Part shown: piece by piece, positions 1 through 9,165 of the stretch | Layout of the letters: each line of letters opens with the position of its first letter | How positions within the stretch are numbered: position 1 is the stretch's first letter | Assembly: GCA_945889235.1 (NCBI GenBank) | Contig: CAMDBK010000001.1 | Coordinates: 5,485-69,484 of the forward strand | Source: Chitinophaga pinensis | Lineage (GTDB): Bacteria > Bacteroidota > Bacteroidia > SXHM01 | Direction of reading: 5' to 3' | Length of the DNA: 64,000 nucleotides | Notes under the pieces: model-generated | Seen by the model: the letters and a program-made list of their open reading frames with translations, nothing else | The model's database searches: none | Told to the model about the DNA's origin: nothing | Made by a program: the position numbers and the translations under genes

Positions 1-297
1 TTAGAAAACAAATTAGGTTCTGCGTTAGGACAAGTAAAAATTGCCGTTGAAAATTATCCTGACCTGAAAGCAAACACTAATTTTCTGCAATTACAAGCTG
101 CTTTGAATGAAGTGGAAGAACAGATTTCTGCTTCCCGCAGAGCTTTCAATGCTTCGGTGTTTGACTACAACAACGGAGTGGAAATGTTTCCATCCAATCT
201 TGTTGCAAGTATGTTGGGCTACAAACGCAAAGCATCGTTTGAAATACCTGAAGGCGAGCGCGAGAATGTGAATGTTGGGGAGATGTTTAAGAAGTAA
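1..297 (+). CDS. LemA family protein, C-terminal part (5' end outside window)
   Basis: Frame 1 is open from base 1. The translation ...VENYPDLKANTNFLQLQAALNEVEEQISASRRAFNASVFDYNNGVEMFPSNLVA... matches the LemA consensus. Stop TAA at 295-297. Confidence 0.75.
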   Translation, partial: LENKLGSALGQVKIAVENYPDLKANTNFLQLQAALNEVEEQISASRRAFNASVFDYNNGVEMFPSNLVASMLGYKRKASFEIPEGERENVNVGEMFKK

Positions 298-303
298 TTC
301 TCC

Positions 304-391
304 GTCATTGCGAGCGTTAGCGAAGCAATCTCAAATTTGAAGTAGATTGCTTCGGTCTCCCGATAGCTATCGGGACCTCCCTCGCAATGAC
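304..391. repeat. Nested palindromic intergenic element, type B. Outer inverted repeat GTCATTGCGAG/CTCGCAATGAC, inner hairpin CGAAGCAATCT/AGATTGCTTCG, plus embedded 18-bp palindrome TCCCGATAGCTATCGGGA at 358-375.
   Basis: Read directly from the sequence. Fills almost the whole LemA/DUF3137 intergenic gap. A second copy lies at 13950-14021. Confidence 0.7.
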
Positions 392-400
392 GAACCGCAA

Positions 401-1351
401 ATGAAACCCTTTGAACAAATTTTTTCCGAACTTCTTCCTCAACTGGAAGAGTTGGAATTAGCACGTCAACAACAATATAAAAGCGCTAAAAAATGGCTTA
501 ACATAACCATTGTAATCGCTGTTGCAACTGTTGTTGTTTTATTGTTTGTAAGGCATCCGGCTGTAATTATTGTTGGAGGAATTCTTGCTGCCGCTTCTTA
601 TTTTGGCGGCTATTTTTCTGCAGCCCGAAAATATAAGAGTGAATTTAAAGACAAGGTTTTTACAAAAATTCTGCAGGCTGTAAACCCGGGTTTGGCTTAC
701 AATAAGTCAGGATATATTTCAAAGGAAAATTTTTATGAAAGTAAAATTTTTACTGAACGGGCTGACCGTTATTCAGGTGAAGATTATATCAGTGGAATGG
801 TGGATAAAACGCAGATTGAATTCTCGGAATTGCATACACAGGAAAGACGTGTAACCAGCAACGGAAAAACTACAACAGTGCATTACGTTACCTTTTTCAA
901 AGGTCTTTTTATGATTGCCGATTTTCATAAAAACTTTCATGGACACACCATTGTTTTGCCTGATACAGCAGAAAAGCTGTTCGGCTTTCTTGGTAAAAAA
1001 TTACAGAACTGGAATTTTACCCGTGATGAGGTGGTGCACATGGAAAATGCTGAATTTGAAAAAGTATTCGTGGTCTACAGCAACGATCAGGTGGAAGCAC
1101 GTTACATTCTAAGTACTTCCATGATTGAGCGTATTCTTGACCTGAAGAAAAAATACAACACCAACGTTTATTTGTCTTTTATAAATTCAAAAGTTTTTGT
1201 TGCGCTGCAAAACAATAAAAATCTTTTTGAACCTGCCTTTAAAGAAAGCATTACCAATTCGGATTATATCCGAACATTTTACAATGAACTTGGCGCTTGC
1301 CTGAGTATTGTAGATGATTTAAATCTAAACACACGCATCTGGTCGAAATAA
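401..1351 (+). CDS. LemA-associated membrane protein (DUF3137-like), two N-terminal TM helices
   Basis: ORF 347-1351 trimmed to the ATG at 401 (MKPFEQIF), after the repeat. Sits immediately downstream of LemA, as DUF3137 proteins usually do. Two hydrophobic helices follow the N-terminus. Confidence 0.45.
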   Translation: MKPFEQIFSELLPQLEELELARQQQYKSAKKWLNITIVIAVATVVVLLFVRHPAVIIVGGILAAASYFGGYFSAARKYKSEFKDKVFTKILQAVNPGLAYNKSGYISKENFYESKIFTERADRYSGEDYISGMVDKTQIEFSELHTQERRVTSNGKTTTVHYVTFFKGLFMIADFHKNFHGHTIVLPDTAEKLFGFLGKKLQNWNFTRDEVVHMENAEFEKVFVVYSNDQVEARYILSTSMIERILDLKKKYNTNVYLSFINSKVFVALQNNKNLFEPAFKESITNSDYIRTFYNELGACLSIVDDLNLNTRIWSK

Positions 1352-1460
1352 TATTACCCTGAGCTATAAGAACACATGACAACTGTCATGTATTTTTTTG
1401 TTTAATGTGTTGTAAAATGGTTTAATTTCGTTGTATAAATCTAAAAACAAGGAGGTTACT

Positions 1461-3194
1461 ATGAAAAATATTTCCCTGACACTTTTGATTTTTAGCGCAT
1501 TTTTCTTGCCTACATTTTCTCAAACTCCATATTGGAAATGGGCAAAACACACAGGCGGAATCGGCTATGATGAAGCGGGCGCATTATTGATGAACAATGA
1601 CAGCAATCTTATTGTTACCGGTTTTTTTCAGGGAACAGGATGGTTTCCATCTGATACATTAACAGCTGGAGGTTCTTTTGCTATGTTTATTGCTGAATAT
1701 ACCCGCTCGGGTGAAATGCTATGGGTTAAACACGTAGCTGATGCAAGCGGGGGAATTGAACCGCACCAGATTTTCCAGGATGCTTCAGGCAATTACTATA
1801 TCACAGGAACTTTCGGAGCCTATTCATGGGGCGGGGCGGTAACTTTTTTCCCTGCAACTGCTTTTACTTCTTTAGGCAACAAGGATATTTTTATCGCAAA
1901 GTTTAATCCGGCTGGCACACTGCTTTGGGCACAGGCAATTCAAAGCACAGAAGAGCCTAATACTACTTTTGTTGCTGACATGGATACCAACGGAAAAATG
2001 TGGATTGCAGGAAGAATGTTTGACCGCACTATTTTCACAAATCCTGTAAATGACACCCTTTATGAAGATTCGAAATATCATATTTTCCTTAGCTGTTATA
2101 ATGCTTCGGGCTTGCTTACTGCAAACTCAAAAGTTATTACTAACAATTCCGCAACCGACCCGCAGGGAATAGAAGCAGGAGTTAATGATGATGTTTTTCT
2201 GGCGGGATATTATTACAACCGTCAACTGTTCGGAATTGAGCCCGATACGTTTTCAATTCCGGGGCCGGGATTTTATCCTGATATTTTTACAGCTAAATTT
2301 TCTGCTGGTGGAGTTCATCCCGAATGGGCCGTGGGCTCAGGCGGAGAGTTCAGCAGTGATATGGTTACATCGCTGGACCGCACAACAGAAGGCAAACTTA
2401 TTTTAACCGGTGAATACACACTTGGTCCTGTTGCAATTAATTCCACCACACCAGCCCCTATTTCACTTACCACATCATCGGCCATCGAAATTTTTATTGC
2501 GCAGTATGATACACTTGGAATAGCTCATTGGGCAAAAAATGCAGGACACAGCTCAACCAGCAGTGGCATTGTTGTCAATGATGCCTGCATAGGAAACGAC
2601 AACAAAATTTACCTCACCGGAAACTATACCGGCACAGCTACATTCGGTGAAAGCCCATCCGTGATAAACATATCAGATATGGACGAATTATTTGTTGCAG
2701 AATATGCAGCAGACGGAGCAATTCAGTGGGCACAACATGGCGGAAGCGGTTATGGCGAAAATAGTTACTCGGTTGCAAACGATGATTATGGTTTTGCATA
2801 CATCGCAGGAACATTTACCTCTGCTGCAGTTTTCGACAGCACATCAACTCTTGACATAACACTTTATTCTTACGGATATTCCGACATTCTTGTGGCAAAA
2901 GTAGGAGCAGGCGATGACGGAACGGTGGGTGACAAGGAATTAAAAATGGACAATGGACAATGGCTCATTTATCCCAACCCCGCTAATAATAAGTTTCATA
3001 TTCAGTCAAAGGTAAGCAGTCATAAGTGCACAGTAACACTAATTAATTCGTTCGGGCAGGTGGTTTTCAAAATATCAAGCATTGATAATCAAAAAACAGA
3101 CATTGATGTTTCGGCACTTTGTTCAGGCATTTACAGCGTTTTTATTCAGGACGGAAACAATTATTTCACTTCAAAAATTGTTATCAGTCATTGA
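1461..3194 (+). CDS. Secreted SBBP/beta-propeller-repeat protein with T9SS C-terminal sorting domain
   Basis: Signal peptide MKNISLTLLIFSAFFLPTFSQ. Repeated D.xGN.Y(I/L)TG motifs (DASGNYYITGTF, NDNKIYLTGNYTG, DDYGFAYIAGTFT). C-terminus IYPNPANNKFHIQ...GIYSVFIQDGNNYFTSKIVISH is typical of a T9SS sorting domain. Confidence 0.55.
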   Translation: MKNISLTLLIFSAFFLPTFSQTPYWKWAKHTGGIGYDEAGALLMNNDSNLIVTGFFQGTGWFPSDTLTAGGSFAMFIAEYTRSGEMLWVKHVADASGGIEPHQIFQDASGNYYITGTFGAYSWGGAVTFFPATAFTSLGNKDIFIAKFNPAGTLLWAQAIQSTEEPNTTFVADMDTNGKMWIAGRMFDRTIFTNPVNDTLYEDSKYHIFLSCYNASGLLTANSKVITNNSATDPQGIEAGVNDDVFLAGYYYNRQLFGIEPDTFSIPGPGFYPDIFTAKFSAGGVHPEWAVGSGGEFSSDMVTSLDRTTEGKLILTGEYTLGPVAINSTTPAPISLTTSSAIEIFIAQYDTLGIAHWAKNAGHSSTSSGIVVNDACIGNDNKIYLTGNYTGTATFGESPSVINISDMDELFVAEYAADGAIQWAQHGGSGYGENSYSVANDDYGFAYIAGTFTSAAVFDSTSTLDITLYSYGYSDILVAKVGAGDDGTVGDKELKMDNGQWLIYPNPANNKFHIQSKVSSHKCTVTLINSFGQVVFKISSIDNQKTDIDVSALCSGIYSVFIQDGNNYFTSKIVISH

Positions 3195-3294
3195 AGAATT
3201 AATGTTTTCCTTAAAGGTGCAATATAAATCTCTGAACTTAGTGCTTTGTACTTTGTACATTTTCTCTATCTTCGCAGCCCTTTTGCAATAAAAC

Positions 3295-4227
3295 ATGCCT
3301 TTTGAAGTAAAAATATTTACCGGAGAAAAAAGCTCTTATCTATCTGAAAAGATAGCTGAGGCTTATGGTATTCCTTTAGGAAAATCATCGGTTGCACGCT
3401 TTAAAGACGGTGAGTTTGAGCCTTCTTTTGGTGAAAGTATCCGCGGAGAAGACGTTTTTATTGTTCAAAGCACTTTTCCTCCGGCTGATAACCTTTTGGA
3501 ATTGCTTTTAATGATTGATGCTGCCAAGCGCGCATCAGCCAAACAGGTAGTGGCAGTTATTCCGTATTTCGGGTTTGCAAGACAAGATAGAAAAGATAAA
3601 CCCCGTGTTTCCATCGGAGCAAAATTAGTGGCAAATCTTATCAGCGCTGCCGGTGCTACCCGCATTATTACAATGGATTTACATGCCGACCAGATACAAG
3701 GCTTTTTTGATGTTCCGGTTGACCATTTATACTCTTCTTACCTGTTTCTAGATTACCTGAAAAATCTTGGTCTGCCTAATTTAGTTATGGCAACTCCGGA
3801 TGTAGGTGGAACTCGCAGGGCAAACGCTTATGCTAAAAACCTGAATGTTGATTTGGCTATTTGCTACAAACAACGCAAGGTGGCAAACGAAGTACACAGC
3901 ATGACCGTTATCGGTGACATTGTGGGCAAAGATATAGTGCTGGTTGATGACATCATTGACACGGGCGGAACCTTGGTAAAAGCTGCTGATATGATGATGG
4001 AAAAAGGAGCAAATAGCGTTCGTGCCTGCATTACCCATCCACTACTTTCAGGCGATGCTTATGAAAATTTAGAAAAATCAAATCTTACCGAATTAGTGGT
4101 AACCAATACTATTCCGCTGAAGAGGGAAAGCAATAAAATAAGAGTGCTTTCAGTGGCTCCGCTGTTTGCGGATGTAATAAGGAAGGTTCACAATTACGAA
4201 TCAATAAGCACACACTTTATTTTCTAA
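3295..4227 (+). CDS. prs: Ribose-phosphate pyrophosphokinase
   Basis: GFARQDRKDKPRVSIGAKLVANL and DLHADQIQGFFDVPVDHL motifs. 310 aa. Conserved prs-rplY-pth gene order. Confidence 0.9.
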   Translation: MPFEVKIFTGEKSSYLSEKIAEAYGIPLGKSSVARFKDGEFEPSFGESIRGEDVFIVQSTFPPADNLLELLLMIDAAKRASAKQVVAVIPYFGFARQDRKDKPRVSIGAKLVANLISAAGATRIITMDLHADQIQGFFDVPVDHLYSSYLFLDYLKNLGLPNLVMATPDVGGTRRANAYAKNLNVDLAICYKQRKVANEVHSMTVIGDIVGKDIVLVDDIIDTGGTLVKAADMMMEKGANSVRACITHPLLSGDAYENLEKSNLTELVVTNTIPLKRESNKIRVLSVAPLFADVIRKVHNYESISTHFIF

Positions 4228-4286
4228 AAGAGTATCAAGTATTAAGACAATCCAATCAATAATTAACAATCAAAAAAAACAAAACA

Positions 4287-4946
4287 ATGAAAACAGTATC
4301 TATTAGCGGTTCACCAAGAGTGAACGTAGGGAAGAAAGATGCAAAAGCTTCGCGCAGAAGTGGTCTTATCCCCTGTGTAATTTATGGCGGAAAAGAGCAA
4401 ATCCACTTTGTGGCTGATGAAAAAGAGTTCAAAAAACTCGTTTACACACCTGAAGTTTTTAAAGCCGATATTAAAGTAGGTGACAACCAGTATTCTGCTA
4501 TCATGCAGGAAATTCAGTTCCACCCCATCAATGATAAAATTATTCATATTGATTTCCGTGAACTTGATCCAGTAAAATACATTACAGTTGATGTTCCAGT
4601 AAAAATTACAGGAAGCGCATCAGGTGTTAAGGACGGAGGTTCACTGGTTCAGAATTACAGAACTTTAAAAATCAGTGCTCTGCCCAAGGATTTTCTTGAA
4701 AATGTGACTATTGATGTTACCGCTCTGAAGATAAACGAAGGAGTTAAAGTGAACAGCCTGGAGTTTCCCGGAGTTAAGTTCTTAGACAACCCTGCAAGTG
4801 AAGTAGTAGGCGTGAAACACAAACGCGGAGCGCTTGAAGAAGCAACCCCTGCTGCAGCGGCAGCGGCAGCAACACCGGCAGCAGCGGCTCCAGCAGCAGC
4901 AGCTCCAGCCAAGGCAGCAGCACCGGCTAAAGACGCTAAGAAATAG
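4287..4946 (+). CDS. rplY: 50S ribosomal protein L25 / general stress protein Ctc
   Basis: N-terminal MKTVSISGSPRVNVGKKDAKASRRSGLIPCVIYGG is the L25 signature. Ala/Pro-rich C-terminal tail. Lies between prs and pth. Confidence 0.85.
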   Translation: MKTVSISGSPRVNVGKKDAKASRRSGLIPCVIYGGKEQIHFVADEKEFKKLVYTPEVFKADIKVGDNQYSAIMQEIQFHPINDKIIHIDFRELDPVKYITVDVPVKITGSASGVKDGGSLVQNYRTLKISALPKDFLENVTIDVTALKINEGVKVNSLEFPGVKFLDNPASEVVGVKHKRGALEEATPAAAAAAATPAAAAPAAAAPAKAAAPAKDAKK

Positions 4947-4953
4947 TTTGATA

Positions 4954-5018
4954 GTTCAAAGTTTAAAAGTTCAAAGTTTCAGGTTATCCTCAAACTTTGA
5001 ACTTTTAAACTTTTAAAC
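4954..5018. terminator. AT-rich hairpin (~22-bp near-perfect stem, 12-nt loop) between rplY and pth
   Basis: Left arm GTTCAAAGTTTAAAAGTTCAAAGTTT, loop CAGGTTATCCTC, right arm AAACTTTGAACTTTTAAACTTTTAAAC. Starts 8 bp after the rplY stop and ends 14 bp before the pth ATG. Confidence 0.4.
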
Positions 5019-5031
5019 ATTGAACACATCA

Positions 5032-5595
5032 ATGAAATACTTAATAGCAGGTCTTGGTAATATCGGAAGCGAGTATGCCGAGACCCGCCATAACATAGGT
5101 TTTAAAGTAGTGGATGCCCTTGCAAAGGCGTCCACTACTGTTTTTAAGCCCGACCGTTTGGCCGATGTGTGTGAAGTAAAACACAAAGGCCGCACGTTTA
5201 TTCTTATAAAGCCCACCACGTATATGAATCTGAGTGGTAAAGCCATTAAATATTGGCTTACAGCTGAAAAAATTTCTATCCGGAACCTATTAGTGGTCAC
5301 CGATGACCTTGCGCTCCCTTGTGGCGAACTTCGGCTGAGAGCCAAAGGCAGCGATGGCGGACACAACGGCTTAAAAAGCATACAATTTGAACTGAATACA
5401 AATGAATATCCACGCCTGCGCTTTGGTGTGGGAAATGATTTTGCCAAAGGCAGACAAGTAGATTATGTCTTGGGCGAATGGACGACTGAAGAAAAGCCCA
5501 TCATCAATGAAAGCATTCTTAAATCAGTGGAACTGATCAAAGATTTTGGTTCTATGGATATTGCTTTTGTGATGAATAAGTTCAATAAGAAGTAA
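5032..5595 (+). CDS. pth: Peptidyl-tRNA hydrolase
   Basis: MKYLIAGLGNIGSEYAETRHNIGF is the Pth signature. ATG at 5032 preferred over the TTG at 5020. Confidence 0.85.
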   Translation: MKYLIAGLGNIGSEYAETRHNIGFKVVDALAKASTTVFKPDRLADVCEVKHKGRTFILIKPTTYMNLSGKAIKYWLTAEKISIRNLLVVTDDLALPCGELRLRAKGSDGGHNGLKSIQFELNTNEYPRLRFGVGNDFAKGRQVDYVLGEWTTEEKPIINESILKSVELIKDFGSMDIAFVMNKFNKK

Positions 5596-5608
5596 AAAAA
5601 CTACATAC

Positions 5609-6475
5609 TTACTGGTATGCAGCACACTTTGCTTTCTTGTTTTTTATACCATATGAAAGTGTTGCGACTGTAAATGAATACCAGTCATTGTTTGTAGAGT
5701 TTCCTCTTTGTCTATCTACATTGCTTTCAGTTGTTCCGATTGAGCGATCAGATAATACGGCAGCTACATCAGTATATTCTGCACGCAAAACAATTGGTTC
5801 TGCATAGGTTTTACTTACATCATCCAGATAATCAGTAAAGGTAGGGCGCATCCCCCACTCTACTCCAAAAACAATTCCACTGGCAACATTGAATTTGAAT
5901 CCGATACCAAACGGAATAGAAAAACTTGTAAGTGAATATTTTTTTCTGTCGGGGTAAGCGGTTGTTCCTTGTCCCTCGGTACCAAGTGGCATCAGTGCAT
6001 AGTAACCAACATTTGCTACTGTATAATTTGTTCCGTTAATGGTGTAGGTTCCGGGATCTACAAAAGCTTTAGGGTTAAATTTAAAAACTCCGAAACCACC
6101 AAAAATATAAGGCGTGAACGGTGTTTTAGAATCACCTGCTATAAAAGGAAGAAAATTAATTTCAAGTTGAGCAGAGAATTCAGCAACCACTGATTTAAAA
6201 CTGAGGTTGCGTTGAATTTGTTCTGCGTTTGCTGATAATGCATCATTGCCCTCAATGCTTCCATACAGGAAACATAATTTACCTGAGAAATGTTCGTTAA
6301 AGTTGTGTCTGTAAAACGCACCGAATGCACCTTTGGGCAGGAAGAATATTTTTTTGCGATTTAATTCTCCGTTGTAAAACGAAACGCCTCCCATAACACC
6401 GAGTTCTGATTTTTGAGCTATGCTCGGCAAACCATGGATTAATGCAAAGAATGACAGTAATAAATACTTTTTCAT
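5609..6475 (-). CDS. Outer-membrane beta-barrel protein (DUF6089-like), paralog 1
   Basis: Signal peptide MKKYLLLSFFALIHGLPSIAQ. Alternating beta-strand pattern. Shares FTDY(L/I)DD(V/A)S and Y..L.P(L)(G/N)TEGQG motifs with the adjacent gene. Confidence 0.5.
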   Translation of the reverse strand: MKKYLLLSFFALIHGLPSIAQKSELGVMGGVSFYNGELNRKKIFFLPKGAFGAFYRHNFNEHFSGKLCFLYGSIEGNDALSANAEQIQRNLSFKSVVAEFSAQLEINFLPFIAGDSKTPFTPYIFGGFGVFKFNPKAFVDPGTYTINGTNYTVANVGYYALMPLGTEGQGTTAYPDRKKYSLTSFSIPFGIGFKFNVASGIVFGVEWGMRPTFTDYLDDVSKTYAEPIVLRAEYTDVAAVLSDRSIGTTESNVDRQRGNSTNNDWYSFTVATLSYGIKNKKAKCAAYQ

Positions 6476-6510
6476 TGGTTGGGGAGTGCCACAAAAACTG
6501 AGCCGCAGCA

Positions 6511-7440
6511 TTAGAATTTAGGTAAACCTTTCCTGGTGGTTTTCAACTTGTAGTTGTAGGTGATGAGGAAAAACATGTAGTGGTCAAGGTCACGCGGATC
6601 GCCACGTTGCTGACCAGCACAAGTCTGGCAGCCGCTAAACGGACCGGGAGCACCTCCCAGTCCACCATCTCCTAAAATTGCAGGGTCAGACAATTGGGCT
6701 GAGGCATCCCCAAAGTTAGAAGCCAGTTCGGTCTTATCGTAATACACAGTGCTTGCATCATCAATATAATCAGTAAAGGTTTTTCTGATTCCGTATTCAA
6801 TTCCGATGCTTGAAGTTTTGTTTAAACTGTATTTCAATCCAATTCCAACGGGTATTGCAAATTGAAAACGTGAGTAATCTTTACGGGTAGGAATTAGTCC
6901 TTGCCCTTCTGTATTTAAAGGTGCAAGTGCTGTCCATTTGCCGTTGTACATTGCTTTAGGATTAAAATAATAACCTGCCACACCAAAAAATCCATAAACA
7001 TAAATATCACTTCCTTTTTTACCACGACCACGCACACGCCTTACCTTGTATCGGCTTCCGATGGTTTCTTTCATCCATGAAAACTCATATTGCGCTGCAA
7101 GTTCCACAACGGGAGATTTGAACATTAGGTTTCTATTGTTTCTGTATGGTTCTTGAGTCCACTTGTCATCGCCATGTAATCTTCCGTATGAAAAACCTAC
7201 TTTAAGAGCTGTGGATTGTGAAAGTTTATAGCGCATTCCTAAGTTAAGCACATAACGGGTGGCCGCCATCTCCAAATCCTTGTAGTAATTGGTACCTATC
7301 TGGTTTGCCCCTCCCAGTTCTCCGAGAAAGTTAGTAGTTCCTACAGCAGCCACAATTTCGTAGCGCATACGTTTCCAGCGCTGAGCTTCTGTAGCTAATG
7401 GTAAAAGGATGATAAGCAGAAGAATATATCTTTTTATCAT
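6511..7440 (-). CDS. Outer-membrane beta-barrel protein (DUF6089-like), paralog 2
   Basis: Signal peptide MIKRYILLLIILLPLATEAQ. Tandem paralog of 5609-6475 with shared motifs. Confidence 0.5.
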   Translation of the reverse strand: MIKRYILLLIILLPLATEAQRWKRMRYEIVAAVGTTNFLGELGGANQIGTNYYKDLEMAATRYVLNLGMRYKLSQSTALKVGFSYGRLHGDDKWTQEPYRNNRNLMFKSPVVELAAQYEFSWMKETIGSRYKVRRVRGRGKKGSDIYVYGFFGVAGYYFNPKAMYNGKWTALAPLNTEGQGLIPTRKDYSRFQFAIPVGIGLKYSLNKTSSIGIEYGIRKTFTDYIDDASTVYYDKTELASNFGDASAQLSDPAILGDGGLGGAPGPFSGCQTCAGQQRGDPRDLDHYMFFLITYNYKLKTTRKGLPKF

Positions 7441-7516
7441 GATGGCTTTCAGATAGTTTTGAGTTTTGATAAGGCAAATATAAACATATTATGAACAACC
7501 AAGCAAGTTTTTAACA

Positions 7517-8152
7517 CTACAAAAACGGATTATTTGCCTTTTCAAACCCGATTGTGGTTTCAGGGCCGTGTCCGGGATAAACGGTAACGCCATCTCCAAG
7601 CGGAAAAAGTTTTTCGTGAATGCTGCTTATCAGTGTATCAAAATTCCCTCCGGGAAGGTCTGTTCTTCCAATGCTTCCATGAAACAAAACATCGCCACCA
7701 ATTACAAACTTCTGTTCTTTGTTATAAAAACATAAACTTCCGGGTGAATGGCCGGGAGTAAAAAGAATTTGTAGTGAGCTTTCACCAAATTTAATCACAT
7801 CTTTTTCATCAATAAATTTTCCGGGAGCGGGCGGTTTTTCAAGACGAATTCCAAAAATAGCAGCGGCTCTTTCTGCGTTTTCAAAAATCGGAATTTCAAT
7901 TTTGTTGGTTTCTGAAATCAGGTTGTAGCGTTCGGTAATGTATCTACAGCCGAGAATATGATCGATGTGACAATGTGTAAGAATCAGACGGACAGGTTTC
8001 AGATTATTGTTTTCAATAAACGTTGAAAGCTCTGCCTGTTCCAGCGGAGTGTAGCATCCCGGGTCAATGATAATGCACTCATTAGTTTCGTCATACAAGA
8101 CATACGTATTTTCCTGAAAAGGATTAAACGTGAAAAAAGCAATTTGAATCAT
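7517..8152 (-). CDS. MBL-fold metallo-hydrolase (glyoxalase II-like)
   Basis: HCHIDHILG metal-binding motif. 211 aa. Confidence 0.7.
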   Translation of the reverse strand: MIQIAFFTFNPFQENTYVLYDETNECIIIDPGCYTPLEQAELSTFIENNNLKPVRLILTHCHIDHILGCRYITERYNLISETNKIEIPIFENAERAAAIFGIRLEKPPAPGKFIDEKDVIKFGESSLQILFTPGHSPGSLCFYNKEQKFVIGGDVLFHGSIGRTDLPGGNFDTLISSIHEKLFPLGDGVTVYPGHGPETTIGFEKANNPFL

Positions 8153-8195
8153 GGTGCAAATTTAGTTTTCATTTCTTTCTATCTTTGACTCCCTT

Positions 8196-9119
8196 ATGCA
8201 AATACAAACAATCTCGCCTCAGGCGAGACCCGATTTCAGCAAAACACCAACCATTGACCAGGTTGGAGTGGAAGAACGTGTGGCACGATTTCAAACGCGT
8301 AGCATAAAAAAAGAAAGCAAAGTGCAGGGTTTGAAACTTGCATTGAGCATGATTGACCTTACTACGCTGGAAGGAAAAGACACCGAAGGAAAAGTAAAAC
8401 AACTGTGTTATAAAGCAGCACATCTGCACGATGTTCTGCAGGGCTTACCGACCGTTGCAGCAGTTTGTGTTTATCCCACTTTTGTGAAACTTGCCAAAAA
8501 ACAATTAGAAGGAACGGGGATAAAAGTTGCTTCCGTTGCAACGGCTTTCCCGAGCGGCCAATCTACACGAAAAGTGAAAATAAGCGATACACATTTTGCG
8601 GTGGAGAATGGAGCAGATGAGGTGGACATGGTGATTTCGCGCGGTGAATTTCTGGAAGGAAATTATGCCTATGTATTTGATGAAATTGCCGAGGTGAAAG
8701 CAGCTTGTGGCGATGCACGATTAAAAGTAATTTTAGAAACAGGAGAACTCTCAACGCTTGATAATGTGCGCAGGGCAAGCGAAATAGCAATTTATGCCGG
8801 TGCAGATTTTATTAAAACGAGCACCGGAAAAATTTCTCCAGCCGCCACACAGCCTGTTACCCTGGTGATGTTAGAAACCATTCGCGACTACTATTACAAA
8901 ACCGGAAAAATGGTGGGAATGAAACCCGCAGGTGGAATTTCAACGGCAAAAATTGCGTTGCAATATCTGGTGATGCTGCGCGAAACATTGGGTGATAAAT
9001 GGCTCACCAACGAATGGTATCGCTTTGGTGCGAGCAGTCTGGCAAATGATATTTTAATGCAATTGCAAAAAGAACAGGATGGGGTTTATCAAAGCGGAGA
9101 TTATTTTTCAAAAGACTAA
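8196..9119 (+). CDS. deoC: Deoxyribose-phosphate aldolase (long form)
   Basis: LSMIDLTTLEG near the N-terminus, DMVISRGEF and IKTSTGK (Schiff-base Lys region) motifs. Confidence 0.7.
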   Translation: MQIQTISPQARPDFSKTPTIDQVGVEERVARFQTRSIKKESKVQGLKLALSMIDLTTLEGKDTEGKVKQLCYKAAHLHDVLQGLPTVAAVCVYPTFVKLAKKQLEGTGIKVASVATAFPSGQSTRKVKISDTHFAVENGADEVDMVISRGEFLEGNYAYVFDEIAEVKAACGDARLKVILETGELSTLDNVRRASEIAIYAGADFIKTSTGKISPAATQPVTLVMLETIRDYYYKTGKMVGMKPAGGISTAKIALQYLVMLRETLGDKWLTNEWYRFGASSLANDILMQLQKEQDGVYQSGDYFSKD

Positions 9120-9132
9120 AAGCCCCTCACGA

Positions 9133-9149
9133 CCTCCCCAAAGGGGAGG
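9133..9149. terminator. GC hairpin CCTCCCC-AAA-GGGGAGG downstream of deoC
   Basis: Perfect 7-bp stem 14 bp after the deoC stop and before the aldehyde dehydrogenase ATG at 9166. Preceded by CCCCTCAC. Resembles the in-gene element at 11615-11662. Confidence 0.4.
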
Positions 9150-9165
9150 AGAAAAACAAAGAACA

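Noticed and set aside
1449-1455. AAGGAGG Shine-Dalgarno-like motif upstream of the SBBP protein gene
   Set aside because: Bacteroidota generally do not use SD-led initiation, and the other genes here lack such a motif. It is probably coincidental and was not used for start selection.
3195-3294. Bacteroidota-type promoter (TTTG / TAnnTTTG) upstream of prs and other genes
   Set aside because: Several partial matches exist (for example TACTTTG, TTTGCAATAAAAC). None is a clean consensus at the right spacing, so no promoter feature was reported.
8169-8429. 86-aa minus-strand ORF overlapping the deoC 5' region
   Set aside because: It overlaps the well-supported deoC on the opposite strand and has a low-complexity translation.
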